A stretch of 25,715 nt of DNA from a candidate division WOR-3 bacterium (GTDB taxonomy: Bacteria > Hydrothermota > UBA3072 > B12-G15): positions 1-25,715 of the forward strand of contig CBFGJG010000005.1 of assembly GCA_965649055.1 (NCBI GenBank), given 5' to 3'. The first letter of the stretch is position 1, and each line of letters opens with the position of its first letter. The notes under the pieces were generated by a model. That model was not told the origin of the DNA, searched no databases, and saw nothing but the letters and a program-made list of their open reading frames with translations. Shown here in pieces: positions 1 to 8,744 of the stretch. The position numbers and the translations under genes are program-made.

Positions 1-169
1 TTTTAAGGGGATTGCGACACCTTTCTTGATCTTCCCGATATGGCGAAAACCACATGTCTGAAACAATGACCCGCTTTTAAGGGGATTGCGACCCGGGTAT
101 CCTCGTATTCGGATTGTATATCTCAATTATAAGTCTGAAACAATGACCCGCTTTTAAGGGGATTGCGAC
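1..169 (+). CRISPR. End of a CRISPR array, repeat GTCTGAAACAATGACCCGCTTTTAAGGGGATTGCGAC (37 bp); array runs off the left edge
   Basis: Partial repeat 1-18, identical full repeats 56-92 and 133-169, unique spacers 19-55 (37 bp) and 93-132 (40 bp). A short CCC/GGG stem precedes an 8-nt ATTGCGAC end resembling the ATTGAAAC Cas6 handle, suggesting + orientation and class 1. Confidence 0.95.
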
Positions 170-222
170 AAGACCCGTTTATTCCTAAGTTGAAAGTTTA
201 TGACTAACCCCCCAAAAAACAC

Positions 223-250
223 TTGACATTTTATTTATTTTTGCAAAAAT
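223..250 (+). promoter_or_regulatory. sigma70-like promoter of the PASTA operon
   Basis: TTGACA 223-228, 16-bp spacer, AAAAAT 245-250 preceded by TG; SD GGAGGT just before ATG 269. Confidence 0.6.
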
Positions 251-268
251 AAGAAAAACGGAGGTAAT

Positions 269-1018
269 ATGTATTACGAGCAAAGCGGTAGTAAGAGTTT
301 TTTAATTGCACTTATAACTTCTCTTGTGGTATCTTTAATAATAAATATTTTATTTCTTTTTTTGTCTCCTAATATAATGCCAAAATTTGGTAATACTGTG
401 GAAATACCAAATCTTAAAGGACTTGATATTGAAACTGCAAGACAGATATTAGAGTCAAAAGGATTATCATTAGTTATAGAAAAGGAAGTAGAAGACCCTA
501 TTGTTGAAAGGGGAAAGATAGCATTCCAGAATCCTATTATGGGTTCAAAACTCAGAAAAGGTGATATTGTAAAGGTTATAATCAGTAAAGGTTCTCAATC
601 TTCAGGTGGTGATGTAATAATACCTTTATTATCAGGTCTAACAATCCAGCAGGCAAGGGTAAGACTTTCAGAAGCGAATCTCACAATAGGGACAATCACA
701 ATGGAAATTTCAGATAAACCTGAAAGCACAATTATTAGGACAATACCACAGGAAGGTGAAAAAGTCCCTCCTAATTTTCCGGTAAATTTGATTATAAGTT
801 CAGGTAAAGGAGAAACTATCGTTCCAAAGATAACAGGGCTTTCAATAACACAGGCAAGAAAAAAACTTGAAGAAGCAGGACTTACATTAGGTAATACAAC
901 AACTGTCTCAGACCCTGAATTCAGTTTTGATGTGATAATAAGACAAAGTCCACCAGCAGGAACACAGGTTAAAAAAGGAACAAAGGTAGATATAACATTA
1001 AATGTTGAAGAATATTAA
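269..1018 (+). CDS. Membrane-anchored protein with three PASTA domains (no kinase or PBP domain)
   Basis: N-terminal hydrophobic helix; three repeats IPNLKGL/IPLLSGL/VPKITGL...A...L...Q.P..G..V.....S.G. Confidence 0.9.
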   Translation: MYYEQSGSKSFLIALITSLVVSLIINILFLFLSPNIMPKFGNTVEIPNLKGLDIETARQILESKGLSLVIEKEVEDPIVERGKIAFQNPIMGSKLRKGDIVKVIISKGSQSSGGDVIIPLLSGLTIQQARVRLSEANLTIGTITMEISDKPESTIIRTIPQEGEKVPPNFPVNLIISSGKGETIVPKITGLSITQARKKLEEAGLTLGNTTTVSDPEFSFDVIIRQSPPAGTQVKKGTKVDITLNVEEY

Positions 1019-1725
1019 TGTTTGATAAAAAATATATAATTTCATCACTTATATCTTTTATTTTGGGATTTTTGTTTTTTTATTTTGTGTTCCCTATTTT
1101 TATTGCATATGGTAAATTAACCCGTGTCCCTGACCTTAAAGATACTACAGTTGAGAACGCTCTGAATATACTTTCATCAATGGATTTAAAAGGTGTTGTT
1201 TATGATAGTGTCTTTTCTGATGAGATAAAAAAAGGGAAGGTTGTTTATACAATCCCAAAACAGGGAAAAGAGATAAGGTTTGGAAGGACTGTGAAATTAA
1301 TAATAAGTAAAGGTGGAGAAAGGATTCCTTTTATAGATGTTAAGGGTATGAATGTTAATGATGCAAGAAAAAAACTCCAGGATGCAGGTTTCATAAATAT
1401 TGTTATTATGTATGTTCCCATTGAAGATACTAAAGGTGCGAAAGAGAATATTGTTTTGAATGTTCTACCTGATAGTGTGAAAGAAATAGAAAAGACAGAG
1501 AAAATAACACTTTTTGTATCCAAGAAACAGAAAAATGTTTTTCTTATGCCAAATATTGTTGATATGACACTTGATGAAGCATATAAGATTCTGTCAAAAT
1601 ATGGTTTAAAAATCTCAGAAATAAAAAGGGTATCACCTGACGATTCTATAATTATTGTCCAGAATCCACTCCCGGGTGTCGAAGTATTCTTTGGTGAATC
1701 AGTAAGTGTGATACTTGGTAAATGA
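1018..1725 (+). CDS. Second membrane-anchored protein with three PASTA domains
   Basis: N-terminal TM helix; VPDLKD, FIDVKGM and MPNIVDM repeats, QNPLPG motif; TAATG coupling to the upstream gene. Confidence 0.88.
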   Translation: MFDKKYIISSLISFILGFLFFYFVFPIFIAYGKLTRVPDLKDTTVENALNILSSMDLKGVVYDSVFSDEIKKGKVVYTIPKQGKEIRFGRTVKLIISKGGERIPFIDVKGMNVNDARKKLQDAGFINIVIMYVPIEDTKGAKENIVLNVLPDSVKEIEKTEKITLFVSKKQKNVFLMPNIVDMTLDEAYKILSKYGLKISEIKRVSPDDSIIIVQNPLPGVEVFFGESVSVILGK

Positions 1726-2384
1726 TTTTATTAAATCTTGCTTTATTACCTGTTTTTCTTCTAATCCTTTATTTTTATAAAAGGGATAAATTTGAGAAAG
1801 AACCGCTCTCATTAACCCTGAAAACTTTTCTTTTGGGATTTATGCTTGTTTTCCCGGCAATGTTTCTTGAAAATTTAATCACAGGCTTTTTTCAAGACAG
1901 ATATTTCAATTTTATAACATTATTTCTCTATGTCTTCTTTGGTGTCGCAATAGTTGAAGAAGGACTGAAATTTTCAGTGCTTTACATTTATAATCTTAAA
2001 AAACCTGATTTTAATGAGCCATACGATGGTATATTTTATGCAGTTGTCGTATCTCTTGGATTTGCAGCAATTGAAAACATAATGTATGTCTTTTCAAGGG
2101 GTTTTCTTGTCGGTGTTCTTCGTGCATTCACGGCAGTTCCAGCGCATACAATCTTTGGAGTATTTATGGGATATTTCACCGGTTTGTATAAATTCAATAA
2201 TAATAAATTTTTTGTGTTTCTTGCTTTTTTCATCCCGGTAATTTTACACACAATATATGACTTAATAGCTATGAGTAGATTGAGATTTGCTTTTTTACAT
2301 CTTGCTATGTTTATAATTATTTTTGTTCTGTTCTCACTCTTATTTATATATCTTTTAATTAAGAAATCTCCTTTTAAGAAATAA
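1722..2384 (+). CDS. prsW: PrsW-family intramembrane glutamic protease
   Basis: Multi-TM; RDKFEKEP, EEGLK (EExxK), GFAAIEN, PAHTIF and LHTIYD motifs; ATGA coupling. Confidence 0.9.
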   Translation: MILLNLALLPVFLLILYFYKRDKFEKEPLSLTLKTFLLGFMLVFPAMFLENLITGFFQDRYFNFITLFLYVFFGVAIVEEGLKFSVLYIYNLKKPDFNEPYDGIFYAVVVSLGFAAIENIMYVFSRGFLVGVLRAFTAVPAHTIFGVFMGYFTGLYKFNNNKFFVFLAFFIPVILHTIYDLIAMSRLRFAFLHLAMFIIIFVLFSLLFIYLLIKKSPFKK

Positions 2385-2387
2385 AAT

Positions 2388-3101
2388 ATGATGAAACTTA
2401 TATTAAGAATATTCGTTTATTCGTTTCTCATAGTTTTAATTTTTTTTACCTTTTATTTTGATATATATACAAAGATAAAAATTTTATCAATAACATTAGA
2501 TAATATCGGAATAACTAATGATAATGATATTAAAAACTTAAGAAAATTTCTGAATAAGGAGCATATCAAATATTGTGAAAATAAAAAACTTTATTACTTA
2601 AAAAATGATAATGATTTAAAATCAATGATTGAGTATGGTTATTTAAAAAAGTTAATTAGTAACACTCTTTTTACTGTTGACTCTTCTGTGAATTATCCTT
2701 TCATCACAAAACAAGCTTATTTCGTTTTAATAAATGTTATGAAAGATTTTCAGATGTATTTTGTAAAGAATAATACAATTCTGGTAAAACCTGTAATCAC
2801 TTCCGCATCAAGGACCGACTCATTCCAGATTGAGTTAAGGAAAAAAAATAAAAATGCGTCTTTAAAGTCAAGCCATTGTTATGGTGTATCTGTTGATGTA
2901 TGGTATAATGGATTCGATTTTGAAATGAATAATCTTGAAAAATTTATATATTTTAGATTTAATAAATATTTTCCATCAATTGATAATGAGAAGATAAAAA
3001 AAATCCTTGTTGAAGTGTTAAAAAAATATCAGGATGAATCTAAAATATATGTAATATATGAAAGAGAACAACCCTGCTTTCACATAACATTATTGTATTA
3101 A
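2388..3101 (+). CDS. Membrane-anchored M15/Hedgehog-fold Zn peptidase-like protein (DUF5715-like)
   Basis: N-terminal TM; ITSASRT, SSHCYGVSVD (SxHxxGxxxD) and EREQPCFHI motifs. Confidence 0.7.
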   Translation: MMKLILRIFVYSFLIVLIFFTFYFDIYTKIKILSITLDNIGITNDNDIKNLRKFLNKEHIKYCENKKLYYLKNDNDLKSMIEYGYLKKLISNTLFTVDSSVNYPFITKQAYFVLINVMKDFQMYFVKNNTILVKPVITSASRTDSFQIELRKKNKNASLKSSHCYGVSVDVWYNGFDFEMNNLEKFIYFRFNKYFPSIDNEKIKKILVEVLKKYQDESKIYVIYEREQPCFHITLLY

Positions 3102-3108
3102 ATAATCC

Positions 3109-3136
3109 TTGAAAAAAATTTTTTTAGATGTATATT
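3109..3136 (+). promoter_or_regulatory. Promoter, probably leaderless, for manC
   Basis: TTGAAA 3109-3114, N16, TATATT 3131-3136, 6 nt, ATG 3143; no SD. Confidence 0.65.
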
Positions 3137-3142
3137 TTTTCT

Positions 3143-4171
3143 ATGATATACGGTTTAATAATGGCAGGTGGAAAAGGTGAAAGGTTCTGGCCTCTTTCAA
3201 GAGAAAGAAGACCTAAACAATTCTTGAAATTACTTTCAGATAATCCATTGATTATTGATACATATAACAGATTAAAATTGTTCATACCGGAAGAAAACAT
3301 AAGATTGGTCATTACTAAATCTCTGAAAGAGAATTTTATTGATTCAGGTTTTAAAGAAGATATACTGCTTGTTGAGCCATTCGGTATGAACACTCTTTAT
3401 GCCCTTGCATACGCATCTGTTTACTTTTACAGGAAAGATAGGGATGCAATTATCTATGCATTCCCATCTGACCATTTCATAGGAAATGTTGATATATTTG
3501 TTAATACAATGAAGAGGGGTGAGAAAGTAAAAGAATTAGACTGCCTTGGAACATTTGGTATATCACCAACAAGACCAGAAACCGGCTATGGTTATATTGA
3601 AGTGGGTGAAAAAATCGAAGAAGGATTTTACAAGGTTAAAAGGTTTACCGAAAAACCAAATCTTAGAACTGCAAAGGAATTTATAAAAACAGGAAATTTC
3701 TTCTGGAATAGTGGTATGTTTTTTTTCAAAGCAAAGACGATGATAGAAGAGATAGAAAATTTTCAACCTCAGTTAAAAGAAGCAATAGAAAACCTTATTT
3801 TAGATTTAAATGAAGAAAATCTATTAAAATTTTATTCAACCGGTAGCCCGATTTCTATTGATTATGGAGTAATGGAAAGAAGTGAAAAAGTATATATGGT
3901 TCAGGCTGATTTTCCATGGGATGATATCGGAACCTGGACTGCACTTGAAAGAATTGTATCGAGTGAAGAAGGTTCAAATATAAAGGTTGGTAATGTTAAT
4001 GCATATAATTGCTCAAATTCAATTTTCTTTTCAGAGAACGGGATTATTCTTGCTGAAGGTTTAAAAAATTACATTGTTGTTCATACAGATGATGCAACTC
4101 TGATATTACCAAAAAGTAAGGCACAGGAAATTAAGATGTTTCTTAAAGATATACCTGAAAAATTTTTATAA
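3143..4171 (+). CDS. manC: Mannose-1-phosphate guanylyltransferase
   Basis: IMAGGKGERFWPLSR..PKQFL, EP..NT, PSDH, PETGYGYI, FTEKP, WNSGMF, SIDYGVME, WDDIG. Start moved from 3128 to 3143 on the basis of promoter position and domain start. Confidence 0.93.
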   Translation: MIYGLIMAGGKGERFWPLSRERRPKQFLKLLSDNPLIIDTYNRLKLFIPEENIRLVITKSLKENFIDSGFKEDILLVEPFGMNTLYALAYASVYFYRKDRDAIIYAFPSDHFIGNVDIFVNTMKRGEKVKELDCLGTFGISPTRPETGYGYIEVGEKIEEGFYKVKRFTEKPNLRTAKEFIKTGNFFWNSGMFFFKAKTMIEEIENFQPQLKEAIENLILDLNEENLLKFYSTGSPISIDYGVMERSEKVYMVQADFPWDDIGTWTALERIVSSEEGSNIKVGNVNAYNCSNSIFFSENGIILAEGLKNYIVVHTDDATLILPKSKAQEIKMFLKDIPEKFL

Positions 4172-4183
4172 AAAGGAGGATGT

Positions 4184-4615
4184 ATGAAAAAATTGTTTTA
4201 CTTTTTTTTAGTCCTTTCAGTTGTCGGTTGTATAAAACAGGTAAAGCCTAAAACTGATGTAACAGAACCTGTTTTTATTGAAGAAGATACAACCACGTAT
4301 AAACCCATAGATATTGTTAAGGATACAGTTCCTAAAATAACTGAAATTAATCCTGTTATTGAACCGCCAAAAATCGAGACCCAGAAATATATCTACAGGA
4401 TTCAGGTAGGGGCTTTTAAGACCGCAGAATATGCTGAGAGATTAAAGACAGAAATCAGTTCTCTATTTAAAGTGAATGTTCTGGTAAAGTATGAAGGTGG
4501 TTATTATAAGGTTCGAGTGGGTGAATTCAAGACAAGGACAGAAGCAGAAGGTTTTCTTAACAAATTAATAAACTCGGGATATAACGGTTTTATTAAGGAA
4601 GAAGAGATTAAATAA
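4184..4615 (+). CDS. SPOR-domain lipoprotein
   Basis: Lipobox LSVVGC; C-terminal YRIQVGAF...YKVRVGEF...AE; SD AGGAGG. Confidence 0.88.
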   Translation: MKKLFYFFLVLSVVGCIKQVKPKTDVTEPVFIEEDTTTYKPIDIVKDTVPKITEINPVIEPPKIETQKYIYRIQVGAFKTAEYAERLKTEISSLFKVNVLVKYEGGYYKVRVGEFKTRTEAEGFLNKLINSGYNGFIKEEEIK

Positions 4616-4617
4616 TT

Positions 4618-5205
4618 TTGGTTCTCTGGGTTGCAACAAGAAATAAAGATAAAATTATCGAGATAAAAAGAATATTAAAAGATTTTAATATAGATATATA
4701 TTCATTACTTGACATAAATGAAAAAATTGATATTATTGAAGATGGTTCTTCTTTAAGAGAGAATGCTTTGAAGAAAGCTGAAGCACTATTTAGATTAAAA
4801 AAAGGATGGGTAATTGGTGAAGATACAGGGCTTGAAGTTGAAGCACTCAATGGAAAACCCGGTATATATTCTGCGAGATATAGTGGTGGTGATTACAAAG
4901 AAAATAGGTTAAAATTATTGAATGAAATGAAGGGGATGAAAAATAGAAATGCAAGATTTAAAACGGTTATTGCCCTGATTTCACCCGATGGAAAAAAATA
5001 TTTTTTTGAAGGAATAGTTAATGGCAAAATAGGAGAATGTGAAAAAGGGAATAATGGTTTTGGATATGACCCAATTTTTATACCGGAAGGTTCCGATAAA
5101 ACCTTTGGTGAGATGACAGGGGAAGAAAAGGACAGGTTCAGCCACAGAAAAAAGGCATTTGAGAAATTTGTTCAATTTATTCGGGGCGTAGCGCAGATGG
5201 TTTAG
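4618..5205 (+). CDS. rdgB: Non-canonical purine NTP pyrophosphatase (RdgB/HAM1)
   Basis: ATRN..K..E, ENA..KA, EDTGLEVEAL.G.PG.YSAR, GFGYDPIF, SHR; TTG start; stop codon lies inside the tRNA. Confidence 0.95.
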   Translation: MVLWVATRNKDKIIEIKRILKDFNIDIYSLLDINEKIDIIEDGSSLRENALKKAEALFRLKKGWVIGEDTGLEVEALNGKPGIYSARYSGGDYKENRLKLLNEMKGMKNRNARFKTVIALISPDGKKYFFEGIVNGKIGECEKGNNGFGYDPIFIPEGSDKTFGEMTGEEKDRFSHRKKAFEKFVQFIRGVAQMV

Positions 5206-5256
5206 CGCGCCTGGCTTGGGACCAGGAGGTCGGTGGTTCAAGTCCACTCGCCCCGA
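5182..5256 (+). tRNA. tRNA-Pro(UGG), CCA not encoded
   Basis: Acceptor CGGGGCG/CGCCCCG, D stem GCGC/GCGC, anticodon stem CCTGG/CCAGG with loop CT-TGG-GA, T arm GGTGG-TTCAAGT-CCACT, discriminator A5256. Confidence 0.97.
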
Positions 5257-5279
5257 CTCCTACCACCGACAAAAGGGGT

Positions 5280-5310
5280 GTGGGGAAAAAGGTTTTCCCC
5301 ACTTACCTTT
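5280..5310 (+). terminator. Probable intrinsic terminator after tRNA-Pro
   Basis: GTGGGGAAAA-AGG-TTTTCCCCAC 10-bp stem followed by TTACCTTT; a related hairpin at 5447-5470 is followed by TATTTT. Confidence 0.6.
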
Positions 5311-5322
5311 GAAGGGGGTATA

Positions 5323-5378
5323 TTAAGGGGGAAATATGCATAATAAAAAAAATGAGTAATATTATATTTCCCCCTTAA
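5323..5378. repeat. 15-bp perfect inverted repeat inside the tRNA-associated insert
   Basis: TTAAGGGGGAAATAT 5323-5337 and ATATTTCCCCCTTAA 5364-5378. Confidence 0.9.
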
Positions 5379-5582
5379 AGCGAAACGAAGTGAAGCTCGG
5401 TGGTTCAAGTCCACTCGCCCCGACTCCTACCACCGACAAAAGGGGTGTGGGGAAAAGATGCTTTTTCCACTATTTTAGTAGGTAAGCAGGATATAAAAAA
5501 GTAATATTTACTGCAATATTCAAATTATTATCAAATTTTCCACTATATATATCAACTCTTCCAGTAAGAGTAAAGATTTTTA

Positions 5583-5610
5583 TTGACAATTTTATTTTCT
5601 TGTTAATTAT
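5583..5610 (+). promoter_or_regulatory. Promoter, probably leaderless
   Basis: TTGACA 5583-5588, N16, AATTAT 5605-5610, 6 nt, ATG 5617; no SD. Confidence 0.6.
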
Positions 5611-5616
5611 AATAAT

Positions 5617-6213
5617 ATGAAAAAAATAATTTTTTTAATTTTTATTCCTTTTATAACCAACGCGTTAAATACAAGAATAACATTGCTTACAGGTGGTAAT
5701 TATACAGATAGTTCTTTTGATTACCTCTTGTTTGGTTTTCTCGGAAAGCTTGAATTTTTTGATATTGTTGAAGGTATAGGTTTAGGTGGTTCAATATTTG
5801 AAAAGATTGGAATTTTTACATCTTCTGAACAGGAACTTTCAACCTATGAGTTATATCTCAACAAAGTATGGTTAAAGACCGAAGGAACATCTTATTTAAG
5901 TAAAGATTATACAATGTTAAATCTAATGTTTGGAATAAAGAAAAAATATCTGTCATATATAAATCAAATGAATGAAATTCCAGTGATTGAAAATTATTTA
6001 AAACCATTTGCTGGTGTTGAAATATCATCTGATATTTTTGGTGTTATATTGAAGGCATTATCTTCAAATGATAACAAGATTAAACTTGAATACGAATTCA
6101 AAATAAAGACATATTATGATGTAACTTTTCAGGTTGGTGGAACCTTTGGTGAAAAAATATTCGGTGTCCCCTCTGATTTTCATTTCTATTCAGGGATAGA
6201 ATTGTTTTTTTAA
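5617..6213 (+). CDS. Secreted hypothetical protein, possible small outer-membrane beta-barrel
   Basis: MKK plus hydrophobic signal peptide; alternating beta-strand pattern; ends YSGIELFF. Confidence 0.55.
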   Translation: MKKIIFLIFIPFITNALNTRITLLTGGNYTDSSFDYLLFGFLGKLEFFDIVEGIGLGGSIFEKIGIFTSSEQELSTYELYLNKVWLKTEGTSYLSKDYTMLNLMFGIKKKYLSYINQMNEIPVIENYLKPFAGVEISSDIFGVILKALSSNDNKIKLEYEFKIKTYYDVTFQVGGTFGEKIFGVPSDFHFYSGIELFF

Positions 6214-6238
6214 ATTTTTTTCCTTTTTATTGATATCC

Positions 6239-6266
6239 TTGACATTTTTTATAAATTATTAATATT
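6239..6266 (+). promoter_or_regulatory. Promoter of the MBL-mnmG operon
   Basis: TTGACA 6239-6244, N16, AATATT 6261-6266; SD AGGAGGT before ATG 6284. Confidence 0.6.
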
Positions 6267-6283
6267 TATAAAAAGGAGGTTTT

Positions 6284-6916
6284 ATGGATAAAAGAATTGA
6301 TGATTTTTTGAAAAAACTAAAATGGCTCGGTCATGATGGTTTTCTTTACGATGGTAATATTAAAATTTATATTGACCCTTACCAGATAAAGAAAGGATTA
6401 CCCAAAGCAGATTTAATCTTAACCACCCATCCGCACTATGACCATTTCTCTAAAGAAGATATAATGAAGATAAAGAAAGATGATACTGTTATCGTTGCTT
6501 CAGAAGGATGTGAAGACCTTGGAAATACAAGGTATTTGAAACCTGATGAATCTATTGAGATTAAAGGGTTGAACATAAAAGGCGTTTATGCATACAATGT
6601 AAATAAGGAATTCCATCCAAAAAAGAATAAATGGCTTGGATTTATCATAGATATTGATGATGTGAAATTGTATCATGCAGGTGATACGGATAATATTCCC
6701 GAGATGAAAAATTATAAATGTGATATAGCATTACTTCCTGTATCTGGAACCTATGTTATGACTTCAGACGAAGCGGTTGATGCTGCAATTAATATAAATC
6801 CCAAAATAGCAATACCAATGCATTATGGTTCTTTTATTGGTTCAAACAAAGACGCTGAAAATTTCAAAAATAAACTGAAGGGAAAAGTTGAGGTTGTAAT
6901 ACTTGAAAGTTTATGA
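6284..6916 (+). CDS. MBL-fold metallo-hydrolase
   Basis: WLGH, IDPY, THPHYDH (HxHxDH), YHAGDT, PMHYG. Confidence 0.9.
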   Translation: MDKRIDDFLKKLKWLGHDGFLYDGNIKIYIDPYQIKKGLPKADLILTTHPHYDHFSKEDIMKIKKDDTVIVASEGCEDLGNTRYLKPDESIEIKGLNIKGVYAYNVNKEFHPKKNKWLGFIIDIDDVKLYHAGDTDNIPEMKNYKCDIALLPVSGTYVMTSDEAVDAAININPKIAIPMHYGSFIGSNKDAENFKNKLKGKVEVVILESL

Positions 6917-8744
6917 TGTCATAGTTGTAGGTGCAGGACACGCAGGAATAGAAGCTGCACTTGCATCTAAAAGGATGGGAGGTAATGTCCTTTTAATCAC
7001 AATGGATTCCAAAAAAATCGGTTATATGTCCTGCAATCCTGCTGTTGGTGGCATTGGAAAAAGTCAGCTTGTATTTGAGATAGATGCACTCGGTGGCGAA
7101 ATAGGTTATAACACTGATAAAACTGGTATCCAGTTCAAAACATTGAACAAGAAAAAAGGGCCAAGTGTATGGTCCCTGAGGGCTCAATGTGATAGGGAAA
7201 AATATAAAGATGAAATTTCAAAGGTTGTTCTTAATGAGATAGAAATTAAGGAAGAAGAAGCAATAGAAATAATAGTTGAAGACAAAAAAATAAAAGGTAT
7301 AAAAACAGATAAAGGGAACTATTATGAAACAAGGACTGCTATTATTACAACTGGAACATTCCTAAATGGTCTTATACATATTGGTCTTAGAAATTTCAAG
7401 GCAGGAAGGTTTGGTGAAAGACCTTCTTCTTTATCAGAATCTTTAAAATCACTTGGATTTTCAATAGGGAGACTTAAAACAGGAACTTCTGCAAGGATTC
7501 TTAAAAAGAGTATTGATTTTGACAGAATGATAATCCAGAAAGGCGATGAAGAACCAAATCATTTCTCACACAGGACAAAGGAATTCAATCCACCTGATAT
7601 TCCCTGCTGGTTAACATATACAAATAAGAATACACATAACATAATAAGAGAGAACATAAAATATTCACCGCTATATTCAGGTATAATTAAAGGAATTGGT
7701 CCAAGGAATTGTCCATCTATAGAAGATAAGGTTATGAAATTTCCCGAGAAAGATTCCCATCCTGTTTTTGTTGAACCTGATGGTATTGATTCTGAAATCT
7801 ACTATCTGAACGGACTTTCTTCTTCCCTACCCGAAGATGTTCAGATAAAATTCCTGAAAACCATTCCCGGCCTTGAAAATGTTGAGATTGAAAAACCAGG
7901 ATACGCTATAGAATATGATTATGTCTTTCCCACACAAATAAAACATTCCCTTGAAACCAGATTAATTTCCGGGCTTTTCTTCGCAGGACAGATAAATGGA
8001 ACATCAGGGTATGAAGAGGCAGCTGCACAGGGTATTATAGCGGGAATAAATGCTATGAATAAAATTCTATTAAAAAAACCTTTAATAATTAAAAGGGAAG
8101 AAGCATACACAGGTGTTCTCATTGATGACCTTGTAATGAAAGGAACCAATGAACCTTACAGGATGTTCACATCAAGGGCTGAATACAGGATTATATTAAG
8201 ACAGGATAATGCTGACTCAAGGCTTATGAAGTATGGTTTTGAAGCTGGTCTTATTGATAAAGAAACCTTTGAAAGGGTTATTGAAAGGGATAGAAAGGTG
8301 AATGAGTCTATAAAAAAATTCTCAAAGATAATGATCGCACCTGAAAAATTAAAAGGACTCAGAAAAACAGAATCAGTATTTAAAATCCTAAAGATGCCTG
8401 AATATACATTTAAAGATATCAGGAAATTTTTGGATGAAGAAATTGATGATGAAATACTTTTTAGGGTTGAGATTTATGCAAAATACGATGGATATATCCA
8501 GAGGGCAATGAATGAAATAAAAAAATTTGACAAGATATACGGTATAGAGATTCCTGATTCAATTAACTATGATGAAATAAAAACAATCACTTATGAGGCA
8601 AGGGAGAAATTAAAGAAAATAAGACCTGAAACATTAAGGGATGCTTCAAGGATACCGGGTGTTAATCCATCAGATATTTTTGGAATATATGTATATTTGA
8701 AAAAGAAAGGAGGAATTTTTGGGAAACTATCTTATATGGGATAA
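6903..8744 (+). CDS. mnmG: tRNA U34 carboxymethylaminomethyl modification enzyme MnmG (GidA)
   Basis: [71 protein letters not shown] start. Confidence 0.98.
   Translation: MKVYDVIVVGAGHAGIEAALASKRMGGNVLLITMDSKKIGYMSCNPAVGGIGKSQLVFEIDALGGEIGYNTDKTGIQFKTLNKKKGPSVWSLRAQCDREKYKDEISKVVLNEIEIKEEEAIEIIVEDKKIKGIKTDKGNYYETRTAIITTGTFLNGLIHIGLRNFKAGRFGERPSSLSESLKSLGFSIGRLKTGTSARILKKSIDFDRMIIQKGDEEPNHFSHRTKEFNPPDIPCWLTYTNKNTHNIIRENIKYSPLYSGIIKGIGPRNCPSIEDKVMKFPEKDSHPVFVEPDGIDSEIYYLNGLSSSLPEDVQIKFLKTIPGLENVEIEKPGYAIEYDYVFPTQIKHSLETRLISGLFFAGQINGTSGYEEAAAQGIIAGINAMNKILLKKPLIIKREEAYTGVLIDDLVMKGTNEPYRMFTSRAEYRIILRQDNADSRLMKYGFEAGLIDKETFERVIERDRKVNESIKKFSKIMIAPEKLKGLRKTESVFKILKMPEYTFKDIRKFLDEEIDDEILFRVEIYAKYDGYIQRAMNEIKKFDKIYGIEIPDSINYDEIKTITYEAREKLKKIRPETLRDASRIPGVNPSDIFGIYVYLKKKGGIFGKLSYMG

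Larger units (their letters stand above)
5230..5456 (+). repeat. 60-bp perfect direct repeat (5230-5289 and 5397-5456) containing the tRNA 3' end; att-like
   Basis: TCGGTGGTTCAAGTCCACTCGCCCCGACTCCTACCACCGACAAAAGGGGTGTGGGGAAAA occurs twice with 107 bp between the copies. Confidence 0.95.

Noticed and set aside
3128..3142. ATG 3128 as the manC start
   Set aside because: It lies inside the predicted promoter; ATG 3143 fits both the domain start and the constant 34-nt spacing
4981..5247. 88-aa minus-strand ORF (MDLNHRPPGPKPGAL...)
   Set aside because: Antisense translation of tRNA-Pro and rdgB, a typical spurious call
5323..5330. TTAAGGGG shared by the tRNA insert and the CRISPR repeat
   Set aside because: Only 8 bp with no flanking similarity; not enough for a mini-array or anti-repeat
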